From NCBI GenBank assembly GCA_943788915.1, contig CALSSD010000008.1:124001-188000 (forward strand): a stretch of 64,000 nucleotides of DNA, in the 5' to 3' direction. The notes beneath the pieces were generated by a model, which saw only the letters and a program-made list of their open reading frames with translations, did no database searches and was not told the origin of the DNA. This DNA comes from an uncultured Acidimicrobiales bacterium. Lineage in GTDB: Bacteria > Actinomycetota > Acidimicrobiia > Acidimicrobiales > UBA10347. The translations under genes were made by a program, and so were the position numbers. Each line of letters starts with the position of its first letter. Position 1 is the first letter of the stretch. Positions 10,004-19,445 of this stretch are shown here, piece after piece.

Positions 10004-11915
10004 TGAGGAAGCCACGGTCGGTCAGAAGCGCCATGATCTGCTCGACACATTCGCCAATGGACTGGGTCGAGGTGTCCACACGCAGATCCATATTGGTCGG
10101 TCGGTCATAGGTTGCGGAGACACCGGGGAACTGGGGAATGTCGCCTCGGTCCGCAGCCTCGTACAGGCCGTTCGGATCGCGCTCTCGACATACCTCGATT
10201 GGTGTGTCGACGAAGATTTCCAAATAGTGCTCGGTGCCAACCAGCTCCCGGGCTTGATCGCGCACCGACGCCTTTGGAGCCGCCAGGGCGGCAATGGCCA
10301 TGATCCCCTGCTTGTTGACCAGCAACGCCAACTCGGCAACCCGACGCAGATTCTCAGAACGTTCCTGCGCGCTGAAGCCCAGGTCGCGACTGATACCCAG
10401 GCGAATGTTTTCTCCATCGAGACGGATCGCCGTCTTGCCCAGGTCGAATAGTCGACGACTGAGCGCGGTAGCGATCGTGGACTTGCCGGCTGCACTGAGC
10501 CCGGTGAGCAGCACCGTGCACGGCTGCTGGCCGAGACGCGCGGCACGTTCGCTCGGCGTGATGTCTGACATCTGACGCGTCAGGCTGGCCTCGGGGGCTT
10601 GATCCCACGACGACGAAACACCGGTGATCATGCCTGCGGCGACCGTCGCGTTGGACAGCCGGTCGACGAGGATGAATGACCCGGTCTGCCGGTTCGTGCT
10701 GTAGGCGTCGAAGAGCAATTCCCGATCGCTGGTGATTGCACACAGGGCAATGTCGTTCAGAGCAAGCGAAGTCGCTTGTTCTTGTTCGAGTGTGTTGATA
10801 TCGATCCGGTGACGGATCAAGGTGACCGATGCGTTACTCAAACCGTTCGAGGACTGCAGTAGATATTGCCGACCCGGTTCGAGTTCGGTGTCGTCCATCC
10901 AAACAATCATTGCGTCGATGTCGTGGGCCCGGAACGGTTGCTCGCCGGCCTTGACCAGCAGGTCACCGCGGCTCACATCGATCTCGTCGGTGAGCGTGAC
11001 GGTGACTGCTCGACCTGGCCCAGCAACGTCGAGGTCACCGTCGAAGGTCACGATGCGTTCAACGTTGGACCCGACACCCGACGGCATCGAGATGACTGGA
11101 TCGCCGGGCTTCAAGACACCCGATGCAATCGTGCCGGCAAAACCACGGAAGTCCAGATCAGGACGGACAACGAGCTGTACCGGCATACGGAAACGTTCAA
11201 GATCAATGCCAACTTCGACATCGACGGTCTCGAGATGTTCCATCAGTGTTGGTCCGCTGAACCACGACATGTTGTCGCTTGCATCAACGACATTGTCACC
11301 GAGCAGAGCGGACATAGGCAGGAAGTACGGGTCGACCAGTTCGAGCGACTGTGCGAAGTCTCGGTAGTCCTCGCAGATTTGATTGAAGCGATCCTGTGAC
11401 CAGTCAGCGATGTCCATCTTGTTGACCGCAACCACGACATTACGGATGCCGAGCAGGCTCGCGATGAAGGTGTGGCGTTTGGTCTGGGGCAACACCCCAT
11501 AACGAGCGTCGATCAGGATGATGGCGAGCTGGCAGGTTGATGCACCCGTGACCATGTTGCGGGTGTATTGCTCGTGGCCTGGCGTATCAGCGATGATGAA
11601 CTTGCGCCGAGCGGTAGAGAAGTATCGGTAGGCAACATCGATCGTGATGCCCTGTTCACGTTCGGCTTTGAGGCCATCGGTGAGCAAGGCAAGGTCAGGG
11701 GCATCGCCTGTCGTTCCCTGGGTAGTTGAATCGGCGGTCAGGGTTGCGAGCTGATCTTCATAGATCATCTTCGAGTCATGCAGCAGCCGACCGATGAGCG
11801 TGGATTTGCCGTCGTCGACGCTGCCACAGGTCAGGAAACGCAACAGATCCTTGCGTTCGTGTTCGGCCAGGTAGGCGTCGATGTCGGTGGCGATGAGTTC
11901 GCTCTGATGCGACAT
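9996..11915 (-). CDS. cysNC: Bifunctional sulfate adenylyltransferase subunit 1 / APS kinase
   Basis: [30 protein letters not shown], plus a C-terminal kinase domain. Confidence 0.95.
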   Translation of the reverse strand: MSHQSELIATDIDAYLAEHERKDLLRFLTCGSVDDGKSTLIGRLLHDSKMIYEDQLATLTADSTTQGTTGDAPDLALLTDGLKAEREQGITIDVAYRYFSTARRKFIIADTPGHEQYTRNMVTGASTCQLAIILIDARYGVLPQTKRHTFIASLLGIRNVVVAVNKMDIADWSQDRFNQICEDYRDFAQSLELVDPYFLPMSALLGDNVVDASDNMSWFSGPTLMEHLETVDVEVGIDLERFRMPVQLVVRPDLDFRGFAGTIASGVLKPGDPVISMPSGVGSNVERIVTFDGDLDVAGPGRAVTVTLTDEIDVSRGDLLVKAGEQPFRAHDIDAMIVWMDDTELEPGRQYLLQSSNGLSNASVTLIRHRIDINTLEQEQATSLALNDIALCAITSDRELLFDAYSTNRQTGSFILVDRLSNATVAAGMITGVSSSWDQAPEASLTRQMSDITPSERAARLGQQPCTVLLTGLSAAGKSTIATALSRRLFDLGKTAIRLDGENIRLGISRDLGFSAQERSENLRRVAELALLVNKQGIMAIAALAAPKASVRDQARELVGTEHYLEIFVDTPIEVCRERDPNGLYEAADRGDIPQFPGVSATYDRPTNMDLRVDTSTQSIGECVEQIMALLTDRGFLNG

Positions 11916-12095
11916 TAGAAATACCCGCCGTTCACAAGTGCAACTAGCCCAGTGTTCACTAACCGAGTTACTCGCTGCGCTCGCAACTCGCTCGGGGACT
12001 GCCGCATTAGAAATACCCGCCGTTCACTACGTTCACTAACCGAGTTACTCGCTGCGCTCGCAACTCGCTCGGGGACTGCCGCATTAGAAATACCC
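11913..12095. repeat. Two tandem units (92 and 77 bp) bounded by three copies of a 14-bp junction repeat; each unit carries the family B core
   Basis: cattagaaataccc at 11913, 12005 and 12082; actcgctgcgctcgc is the reverse complement of the core at 5584. Confidence 0.95.
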
Positions 12096-13010
12096 CTCGC
12101 GCTTCTTTTCTTCCATGGAGCCTGACTGGTCGTAGTCGATCACTCGACCTTCGCGTTCAGACCGGGTGGCCAGCAGCATCTCCTGGATGATCTCGGGCAT
12201 CGTTGCCGCGGTTGACTCGACGGCACCGGAAAGGGGGTAACAACCCAGGGTTCGGAATCGCACCGACTTCATCTCGGGTTCTTCGCCTGATTCGAACTGG
12301 AAACGTTCGTCGTCGACCATGATGACCACCCCATCGCGGTTGACCACTGGGCGGGGCGCCGAATAATACAGCGGCACGATCTCGATGTTCTCAAGATGGA
12401 TGTACTGCCACACATCAAGCTCGGTCCAGTTGCTGATCGGGAAGACCCGAATGCTCTCGTCCTTGTGGACCCGACCGTTGTACAAACTCCACAATTCAGG
12501 ACGCTGATTTTTCGGATCCCAGCGATGGTTCTTGTCCCGGAAGCTAAAGACCCGTTCCTTGGCCCGAGACTTCTCTTCGTCTCGGCGAGCCCCTCCGAAT
12601 GCGGCGTCGTAACCACCGGCAGTCAGCGCCTGTTTGAGCGCCTGGGTCTTCATGATGTCGGTGTAGTTCTTCGAACCATGCTCGAAAGGATTGATGCCCT
12701 CGTCGATGCCTTCCTGATTGGAGTGCACCCGCAGTTCAAGGCCAAGTTCTTTGGTGACTCGATCGCGAAACTCGATCATTTCCCTGAACTTCCACGTGGT
12801 ATCGATGTGAAGCAGCGGAAACGGAATCTTGCCCGGATAAAACGCCTTGCGCGCCAGATGAAGCAGTACCGACGAATCCTTGCCGATCGAATACAACATC
12901 ACAGGTCGTTCGAATTGCGACACGACCTCGCGGATGATGTGGATCGCCTCGGCTTCAAGCTGTTTGAGGTGTGTGAGTCGTAGCTCAGGGGGCAATGTGG
13001 CGGTAGCCAT
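12084..13010 (-). CDS. cysD: Sulfate adenylyltransferase subunit 2
   Basis: [40 protein letters not shown]. Confidence 0.97.
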   Translation of the reverse strand: MATATLPPELRLTHLKQLEAEAIHIIREVVSQFERPVMLYSIGKDSSVLLHLARKAFYPGKIPFPLLHIDTTWKFREMIEFRDRVTKELGLELRVHSNQEGIDEGINPFEHGSKNYTDIMKTQALKQALTAGGYDAAFGGARRDEEKSRAKERVFSFRDKNHRWDPKNQRPELWSLYNGRVHKDESIRVFPISNWTELDVWQYIHLENIEIVPLYYSAPRPVVNRDGVVIMVDDERFQFESGEEPEMKSVRFRTLGCYPLSGAVESTAATMPEIIQEMLLATRSEREGRVIDYDQSGSMEEKKREGYF

Positions 13011-13384
13011 GGCCAGCCTTCTCTAGATCGAACTGCCTCAGGGTACGCCCCAAACACCTCGGTTTTGGTTATTCCTTGCAGGTCATTGGCGAGGCAAACC
13101 AGCGTGATGGAGTCAGATCGTCGGGGGGTTGCATCGATCCTGACCTGTTCGGCCTCGGCCACAACACTACGAACTGGGACAGCCAGCGTTGCAACATCAA
13201 GGGCGGGGCCCACTTGGGTGATATCGATAACGAGTTCTTCGTGAAATGCTCGCTGCGGGCCCAGTTCAGTTTCGCCGAACACTCTGGCTTGATCCTTTGT
13301 GAATATTCTCACACTCATGCGGTTTCCACACGATTTTCTGAATCGGATGCCTCTCATGAGAGGACTCAGAAATCTAGAAACCTT

Positions 13385-13765
13385 TTACGACTCCACGAGC
13401 ATTTTGACCTGAGCAGATACCGCCAATTGGTTAACAAATGGGCCAAAAATTCTCGAAATTGGTGGGGTGTCATAATGCACGGTCACAACGACGAAGTCAG
13501 CGCCTGGTAGCGGTGTAGTGCTGAACTGGACGTCGATAACCAGTGCATCGCTACCCAGCGTCGCCACGTTTTGTGCCAAAAGGCCTAGGTCCGTCGACGG
13601 ATCCACCGAGACGGCGCGCGCTGTCTCCCGCGCAATGTGGGTAACGCCAAGCTGTGCATAGGCCACCACGGCCACTTGGATCACCACCAACAACACGACC
13701 AAGACCAGCGGAATGATGAGCGCGAACTCAACCGTGGCCTGACCGCGCTCACCGTGGCGCTTCAT
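13385..13765 (-). CDS. TadE-like pseudopilin
   Basis: ERGQATVEFALIIP prepilin motif. Confidence 0.85.
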   Translation of the reverse strand: MKRHGERGQATVEFALIIPLVLVVLLVVIQVAVVAYAQLGVTHIARETARAVSVDPSTDLGLLAQNVATLGSDALVIDVQFSTTPLPGADFVVVTVHYDTPPISRIFGPFVNQLAVSAQVKMLVES

Positions 13766-13968
13766 GCCATCAGCGACGTAATCCGGGACAACACCGTGTC
13801 GAACAACGATCCGATGGCGTCATTCCCCTGCGCCCAACCCACGACCAACATCGCGATACTCCCGGCGGCCAAAAGAACAAGTGCGTACTCCGCAGTTGTC
13901 TGGCCCCGTTCGCTCCTAGATCGACGGCTGCTACGTACTGTCTGGACTGGCTGTTGACGATTGCGCAT
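13762..13968 (-). CDS. Flp-type pilin (DUF4244-like)
   Basis: ERGQTTAEYALVLL followed by a hydrophobic helix. Confidence 0.85.
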   Translation of the reverse strand: MRNRQQPVQTVRSSRRSRSERGQTTAEYALVLLAAGSIAMLVVGWAQGNDAIGSLFDTVLSRITSLMA

Positions 13969-14025
13969 GAGATATCCCTTATTTGGATTGTGGTGGTGCC
14001 GTGGGACGGCTGTTTAAGGGGAAGC

Positions 14026-14811
14026 TCACGGGGAAGCGGTGATCTGCAAATTCGACACTGTTTCGACAATCACCGGCACAACGGTGACAAGAAGAAATGC
14101 TGGCAATACACACACGACCAGTGGGAAGAGCAATTCGACGGGTAGTCGTCGAGCCGAGGCCTCGGCTTGGCGACGACGATCTGATCGAGTTTCAGCCGCA
14201 AGTTGTGCCAGGTTGGCCGCGATGGGGGCGCCGTGTCGTTCGGTCGATACCAGAGCTGCGATCAGAGGTCGGGTTTGTTGGCCAAGTCGAGCGGGCAACG
14301 ATTCGAGCACATCACCGAGCGGGAGCCCCGTGGATACCCGGCGGTTGCACCACGCAAACGCATCCGCAAAGTCACCTTCGGACCACTCGCAGACCTGCTC
14401 GGTCGCTTCCGCAACCGTATTTCCACTGAGCAACGCGACCGCAAACAGATCGATGACATCGGCCAACCCGGCACTGACCTTTTCTTCGTGCTGTCGTGCC
14501 GTTCGGCGACGACGCACCATGGAATGACCCCAGATGGTAAAGCTGACCAAGACCGCCAGCCCGACGTGGATAAACGCCATAACCGCGACGACAACCATTG
14601 CTCGACCCACGACACGATCCAGAACCGCGTTCGCTGGTTGGCCGAGCATTGCTCGTACCCATCGTCCAACAAAACTCAGCCCAGACCGCCTGGGCGTAGA
14701 CGACCCCGCCTGTACGGAGAAACCGCAGGAGCGCCCGACTGGGCCCCGCACGATTGACAGAGCAATCGCGGCCACACCAGCGGCCATCAATACCGAAAGC
14801 CCTGCGGTCAC
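14026..14811 (-). CDS. tadC: TadC / type II secretion F-family protein
   Basis: ERHGAPIA...AEASARRLPVELLFPLVVCVLPAF; start inferred from a GTGA overlap. Confidence 0.85.
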   Translation of the reverse strand: MTAGLSVLMAAGVAAIALSIVRGPVGRSCGFSVQAGSSTPRRSGLSFVGRWVRAMLGQPANAVLDRVVGRAMVVVAVMAFIHVGLAVLVSFTIWGHSMVRRRRTARQHEEKVSAGLADVIDLFAVALLSGNTVAEATEQVCEWSEGDFADAFAWCNRRVSTGLPLGDVLESLPARLGQQTRPLIAALVSTERHGAPIAANLAQLAAETRSDRRRQAEASARRLPVELLFPLVVCVLPAFLLVTVVPVIVETVSNLQITASP

Positions 14812-15659
14812 GTCGGCGACCGCCGACGTACCATCGACGAGATCCACATGCCACCAATGATGTCGAGCACGATCGCGGACATGAGGCACCCACGACCGAG
14901 CGGTTCGGTCGTCAGAAACCGGACAGTGTGGCCGCTTCCGATTGCATCGAAGCACAGGAATACTGCTGGTAATACGACCAATGCCTGCATCGAAGCCGCT
15001 GCCTGTGCGGTCTGTGATCTGATTTCAGTCCGCAGCGACGAACGATCACGAAGGGACTGGCTCACACCTTCGAGTGCTCGAGATGTTCCTGCTTCGTTTC
15101 GACTTGCAAGCGCAAGTGCAGCCGCAACGATACGCACCTCGGCGTGGGGGACGCGTTCCGCCCATGACCGCAACGCCTGCCCTGGTGGCTGGCCCCTTCC
15201 CATCGCACCGAGCACCAACTCAAGCTCGCGTGCAAGCGGTGGCCGACTATCGGCTGCTGCCTCGGTCACGGACTGCATGAGTGAGGCACCGCTTCGAAGC
15301 GACCGGCCAACCCTGTCGACGAAGTCAGGTAATGCGGCTACCAAACCCTGCGTTCGCCGGCCTGACCATCGCCATGCAACTGAGACTGGAACGGCCACGA
15401 CCAACACCGCCATGACGAGGCCCTCGGCTAACCCAACCACGAGCGATGCCGTGGCAACAAGGACTACACCGAGCCCGACCCAGAGCAGAAGCGCACCCAT
15501 GTGGTCGTCGTTCAGTTCTGCCTCGATTGCGAATGTCGATACCGGGGCGGGTAGGCGGGCCCACACCCAGTTCGAACCAGCCGTGCCGTGAAGGCGCTCG
15601 ACCGGCGGGGGCGGTCTGCGGGGTATGAAGCCGACGGAACGCTCCGTGAACTCAAACAT
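14808..15659 (-). CDS. tadB: TadB / type II secretion F-family protein
   Basis: LPDFVDRVGRSLRSGASL motif; C-terminal TM pair. Confidence 0.85.
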   Translation of the reverse strand: MFEFTERSVGFIPRRPPPPVERLHGTAGSNWVWARLPAPVSTFAIEAELNDDHMGALLLWVGLGVVLVATASLVVGLAEGLVMAVLVVAVPVSVAWRWSGRRTQGLVAALPDFVDRVGRSLRSGASLMQSVTEAAADSRPPLARELELVLGAMGRGQPPGQALRSWAERVPHAEVRIVAAALALASRNEAGTSRALEGVSQSLRDRSSLRTEIRSQTAQAAASMQALVVLPAVFLCFDAIGSGHTVRFLTTEPLGRGCLMSAIVLDIIGGMWISSMVRRRSPT

Positions 15660-15701
15660 TGGTGAACTCAACATTGGTGAACTCAAACATTGGTGAACTC
15701 A
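15646..15701. repeat. Tandem 16/15/16-bp repeat at the tadA-tadB junction
   Basis: gtgaactcaaacattg repeated about 3.5 times. Confidence 0.9.
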
Positions 15702-16885
15702 GACACCGGTCGGCCGGCATCGACACGGTCTGGATCGGTTTGGCCTGCATCGGTTTGGTCTGGGTCCGGCGGTCGGCATGCCAGGACGGCGCCGTCGCGC
15801 ACCACCCAGCCTTCGTTGCCGCTCTCGGACCGGTAGATCGAACGCACCCGTCGGAGACCAGAAGCCGAACGCTCAACATGAACCACCAGATCAACCGCCG
15901 ACCGAATCTGATCCCGCATCACTTCAAGAGGCATATCGACGTCGGCCATGAGTGCCATTGCCTCGAGTCGTCGTAGGGCATCGATAGGCGAGTTCGCGTG
16001 ACAGGTAGACATTGAGCCGTCGTGGCCGGTGTTCATCGCCTGAATCATGTCGAGTGCTTCGGCACCGCGGACCTCGCCGATCACCAGTCGGTCAGGTCGC
16101 ATACGAAGCGCGTTGCGCACCAGTGACCGAATCGGAATCTGACCAACCCCTTCGGCGTTCGCTGGTCTGGCCTCGAGCCGGACGGTGTGATCTCCTGGAA
16201 GGCGCAACTCAGCAGCGTCCTCGATAGTGATCACCCGTTCGCCAGCAGCGACGTAGGCCGCCACTGCATTCAACAGTGATGTCTTGCCAGAGCCTGTGCC
16301 GCCACTAACGACGATGCTCTTTCGATTCTGCACTGCGTGGACGAGCAGTGCATGCACCGCTGGTTCGCAGAAGTCGGCGAGATCGAATGGTTGCGCTCGG
16401 AACCTGCGAATGGTCACATACGGCCCGTCGACTGCAAGTGGCGGGACAGCGATATTGACTCGGCTTCCATCGGCGAGACGGGCATCGACGAACGGAGCGG
16501 TTCGATCGACACGTAAACCGAGTGGCCCCAGTATTCGGTCAATGATCACTTGCAAGGTGTCACCGTCGACAACAACGCCGGTCGCCACCATCGCACCACA
16601 ACGCTCGATCCACACCCCACCAGGCCCGTTGATCATCAGTTCGGTCGTCAACCCATCTGCAAGTAGCGGTTCGAGTGGGCCGAGCCCTACCAGGAGCCGT
16701 TGGACCCGCTCGGCCACCACGAGAATTTGTGCACGAGAGAGAAGCGGCGCGATCGACTCAACACATGCTTCGATCATCGGCTCATCTGCGGGCGCATCTC
16801 GGTCGACCAGATGACGGTGGGCCCGACGAGTCACATCATCGAGCGGGTCGACGACGCCCTGGTCGTGTTCGAGGTCACGCAACAT
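15683..16885 (-). CDS. tadA: CpaF/TadA pilus assembly ATPase
   Basis: [40 protein letters not shown]. Confidence 0.93.
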   Translation of the reverse strand: MLRDLEHDQGVVDPLDDVTRRAHRHLVDRDAPADEPMIEACVESIAPLLSRAQILVVAERVQRLLVGLGPLEPLLADGLTTELMINGPGGVWIERCGAMVATGVVVDGDTLQVIIDRILGPLGLRVDRTAPFVDARLADGSRVNIAVPPLAVDGPYVTIRRFRAQPFDLADFCEPAVHALLVHAVQNRKSIVVSGGTGSGKTSLLNAVAAYVAAGERVITIEDAAELRLPGDHTVRLEARPANAEGVGQIPIRSLVRNALRMRPDRLVIGEVRGAEALDMIQAMNTGHDGSMSTCHANSPIDALRRLEAMALMADVDMPLEVMRDQIRSAVDLVVHVERSASGLRRVRSIYRSESGNEGWVVRDGAVLACRPPDPDQTDAGQTDPDRVDAGRPVSEFTNV

Positions 16886-17534
16886 CGGCCAAGACCCGTC
16901 CGAGGCTCCGCAACAAGCTACGAGGCAGCCGAGCAGTGGCGAGTCCCGCATCGAGGCACCGAGCCACGCTCGCATCAACCGCAATTTGTGCGACCACGGG
17001 CGCACCGGTCACCGCCTCGACATCGGGTCGCCCAAGGTGTCGGCCGGGTTCCTTGAGTACGACGACTGCCGTGGGCGTCAGCGATGAGAGTTGCGCCGCT
17101 CGCAGATTCAGAAAACATTCGCGGACAACTAGCAGCGAAACCGACGACGATGCCACGACCTGACGTCGAACGTTGTGCTGTTCGGTCACGAGTCCGCAAT
17201 CGATCACTAGCTGGCGACTCATCGCCGAAAAGGATTGGGTGAGCGGCGCCACATCGAGTGGAAAATTGCCATCACCTCGAGGCAGAATCGTCACATCTTG
17301 CCTGGCAGGTATCTCGATTCGGGCCAACGCCCCGACGGTCGGGTCCGGCGTTGCGCACCAGTCGGTCAGACCGGGCGCACCCTCGGCTGCGTCGATCCCG
17401 AGCAGCGCAGGAATATCCCCGCAGAGGTCGACCAAAACCGTTGGGTTCGCCCGTTCGCCCTGCGCAATCGCCAACATGGCAGCCACGCTGGTGACACCAA
17501 CGCCACCTTTTACCGACCACACCGCAACCGTCAC
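16875..17534 (-). CDS. Ssd/CpaE-like MinD-type ATPase
   Basis: SVKGGVGVT deviant Walker A; lies directly upstream of tadA as in actinobacterial Tad loci. Confidence 0.8.
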   Translation of the reverse strand: MTVAVWSVKGGVGVTSVAAMLAIAQGERANPTVLVDLCGDIPALLGIDAAEGAPGLTDWCATPDPTVGALARIEIPARQDVTILPRGDGNFPLDVAPLTQSFSAMSRQLVIDCGLVTEQHNVRRQVVASSSVSLLVVRECFLNLRAAQLSSLTPTAVVVLKEPGRHLGRPDVEAVTGAPVVAQIAVDASVARCLDAGLATARLPRSLLRSLGRVLADVA

Positions 17535-17657
17535 GGCACGACTCCCTACACGCTCATTTCGAGGGGGAAGCTCGGACCAAAGGTCGGTAAACCGAAACTA
17601 GATCACCCCCAACCCAAGCGCAAGGGCTCTCCTTCATTTATTGCTCATCCCCTTCGA

Positions 17658-17857
17658 CACCACAGCGCGAACGCCGTGACAGGACCAACTCTTCGCAACA
17701 TGACGGTGCCAGGCACCGTCATGTTTAGCCACCACCGAAACCAGGACCCTCATGTTTACGGCTTTGCCCGTACAGCACCACAGCGCGAACGCCGTGACAG
17801 AACCGAATCTTCGCAACATGACGGTGCCAGGCACCGTCATGTTTAGCCACCACCGAA
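17658..17857. repeat. Tandem duplication (period 118 bp) carrying the family A palindrome
   Basis: About 82-bp near-identical copies at 17658-17739 and 17776-17857; 29-bp palindromes at 17697-17725 and 17815-17843. Confidence 0.92.
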
Positions 17858-17989
17858 GCAATCCCGCACGAACGAGAGGAGTTCCGTGTTGGCCTCAGGA
17901 GCCATCGCCCAGCCAGGAGCGCCAGCGCCCGAAGCGAGGACTAGCGAGGTGGGGCGAACGTAGCTCGGCGGAACCGAGCGTAAGGAGAA

Positions 17990-18085
17990 TGGCGGAGGTG
18001 GACGGGAATCGAACCCGCCGGACGAGGATCACTCGTCCCAACCGCTTTGAAGGCGGCGGAGCCCACCAGGTACTCGTACACCTCC
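17990..18085 (-). tRNA. selC: tRNA-Sec (anticodon UCA)
   Basis: GGAGGTG...UGGU D-loop...CTTCAAA anticodon loop, long variable arm, GGTTCGATTCC, ends GCCA; 96 nt. Confidence 0.96.
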
Positions 18086-18180
18086 GTGGTGGGGTAGTCC
18101 AGATTCGGCGCCCAGGGCGCCTCATCTTGTTTCAAGTAGCCGGGTCTACGGTCCCGGTCAGCTTGATCTTCAGACTACCT

Positions 18181-19116
18181 CTAGACCGCGAGTAGGTCGC
18201 GTGCCCCAGTGTCTGACGACGGGTGGCGCAACTTCGACATAGCGCGAGCTTCGATCTGGCGGATGCGTTCGCGAGTCAGACTGAAGTGTTCGCCTACCTC
18301 TTCGAGCGTGCGAGGTTCGCCACGGTCAAGGCCGAAACGAAGCTTGAGAATCTCGCGTTCGCGCTCGTCGAGTGGGCCGAGCAGCCGATTGATTTCGTCC
18401 GGCAACAGCGCAGTGGCCGCAACCTCGAACGGTGACTCGGCACCGCGGTCTTCGACAACGTCGCCGAGTTCGGCATCGCCATCTTCGCGAAGTGGTTCGG
18501 ACAGAGACAGTGGCTCAGCCGCAAACCGCAGCGCTTCGGTGACCTTGTCTTCGGGCATTTCGACTTCGGCAGCCAACTCGACGAGAGTCGCAGGACGACC
18601 GAACTTGAGTTCAAGGCGGGCCCGAGCTTTTTGCAGACGGGCCAAGGTGTCGCCCGCGTGTACCGGGAGCCGAATGGTACGCCCAGTGTTGGCGATACCA
18701 CGAGTGATCGCCTGACGGATCCACCATGTGGCATAGGTCGAGAACTTGAATCCTTTACGCCAGTCGAATTTCTCGACGGCGTGCATCAGACCGAGGTTGC
18801 CTTCTTGGATCAGGTCGAGCAGGGGGAGACCCGAAGCCTGGTACTTTTTGGCGATCGATACAACAAGACGAAGGTTGGACTGGACGAAGGTGCGCTCGGC
18901 ATCGTCGCCGGAACGAAGGTGCCGTCGGAGCTCACGTTTGCGAGCCGCCGTGGGTTTTTCGTCTGAGTCGAGTTCGGCTCGTGCTGCCGCGCCCTTCTCA
19001 ATCAGCTGCGCAAGGCGAACTTCGTCGTCCTTTGTCAACAACGGATACTGACCGATGTCAGTCAGATAAAGGCGTACGAGGTCTTCCTCGTCACGCTCCA
19101 CACGCTCTTTGGCCAC
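18181..19116 (-). CDS. RpoD/SigA-family sigma-70 factor lacking region 1.1
   Basis: NLRLVVSIAKKY, KFSTYATWWIRQ, TRERIRQIE; start inferred at the GTG giving MAKERVERDEEDLVRLYL. Confidence 0.93.
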   Translation of the reverse strand: MAKERVERDEEDLVRLYLTDIGQYPLLTKDDEVRLAQLIEKGAAARAELDSDEKPTAARKRELRRHLRSGDDAERTFVQSNLRLVVSIAKKYQASGLPLLDLIQEGNLGLMHAVEKFDWRKGFKFSTYATWWIRQAITRGIANTGRTIRLPVHAGDTLARLQKARARLELKFGRPATLVELAAEVEMPEDKVTEALRFAAEPLSLSEPLREDGDAELGDVVEDRGAESPFEVAATALLPDEINRLLGPLDEREREILKLRFGLDRGEPRTLEEVGEHFSLTRERIRQIEARAMSKLRHPSSDTGARDLLAV

Positions 19117-19445
19117 AAGCACCCCTGCATTTGAGTCCAGCAGACGGAGTAGCTCCGCCCTGCTTCGCAACGATACCGAGGCAGCTGGATGGCTCAACGT
19201 TAACGCAATCGCAATCTTCGGGGAAGTAGAAAATTCGCTTGTTTGCACCGAATATTGCCAATATTTTTTGCTCGAATTGCCGCTCATGACCCACTGAACT
19301 GACAAAATCCATAGTGATACGTCAATCTCTTCTCGACAAAACTCACACTTTCCGAACCCGTAATCCATGGATTATTCGGGTAGCAGAGGGCGTAACCTGA
19401 GCCCAATAAGCGCTGATATCGCCCTCATGATCTACCTTCGGGCCC

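Noticed and set aside
11913..12095. CRISPR mini-array
   Set aside because: The intervening segments are near-identical to each other, the 14-bp repeat is the cysD stop/start junction, and no cas genes are present.
17860..17990. Integrated element at the tRNA-Sec 3' end
   Set aside because: No integrase gene and no duplicated tRNA 3' end seen in the window.
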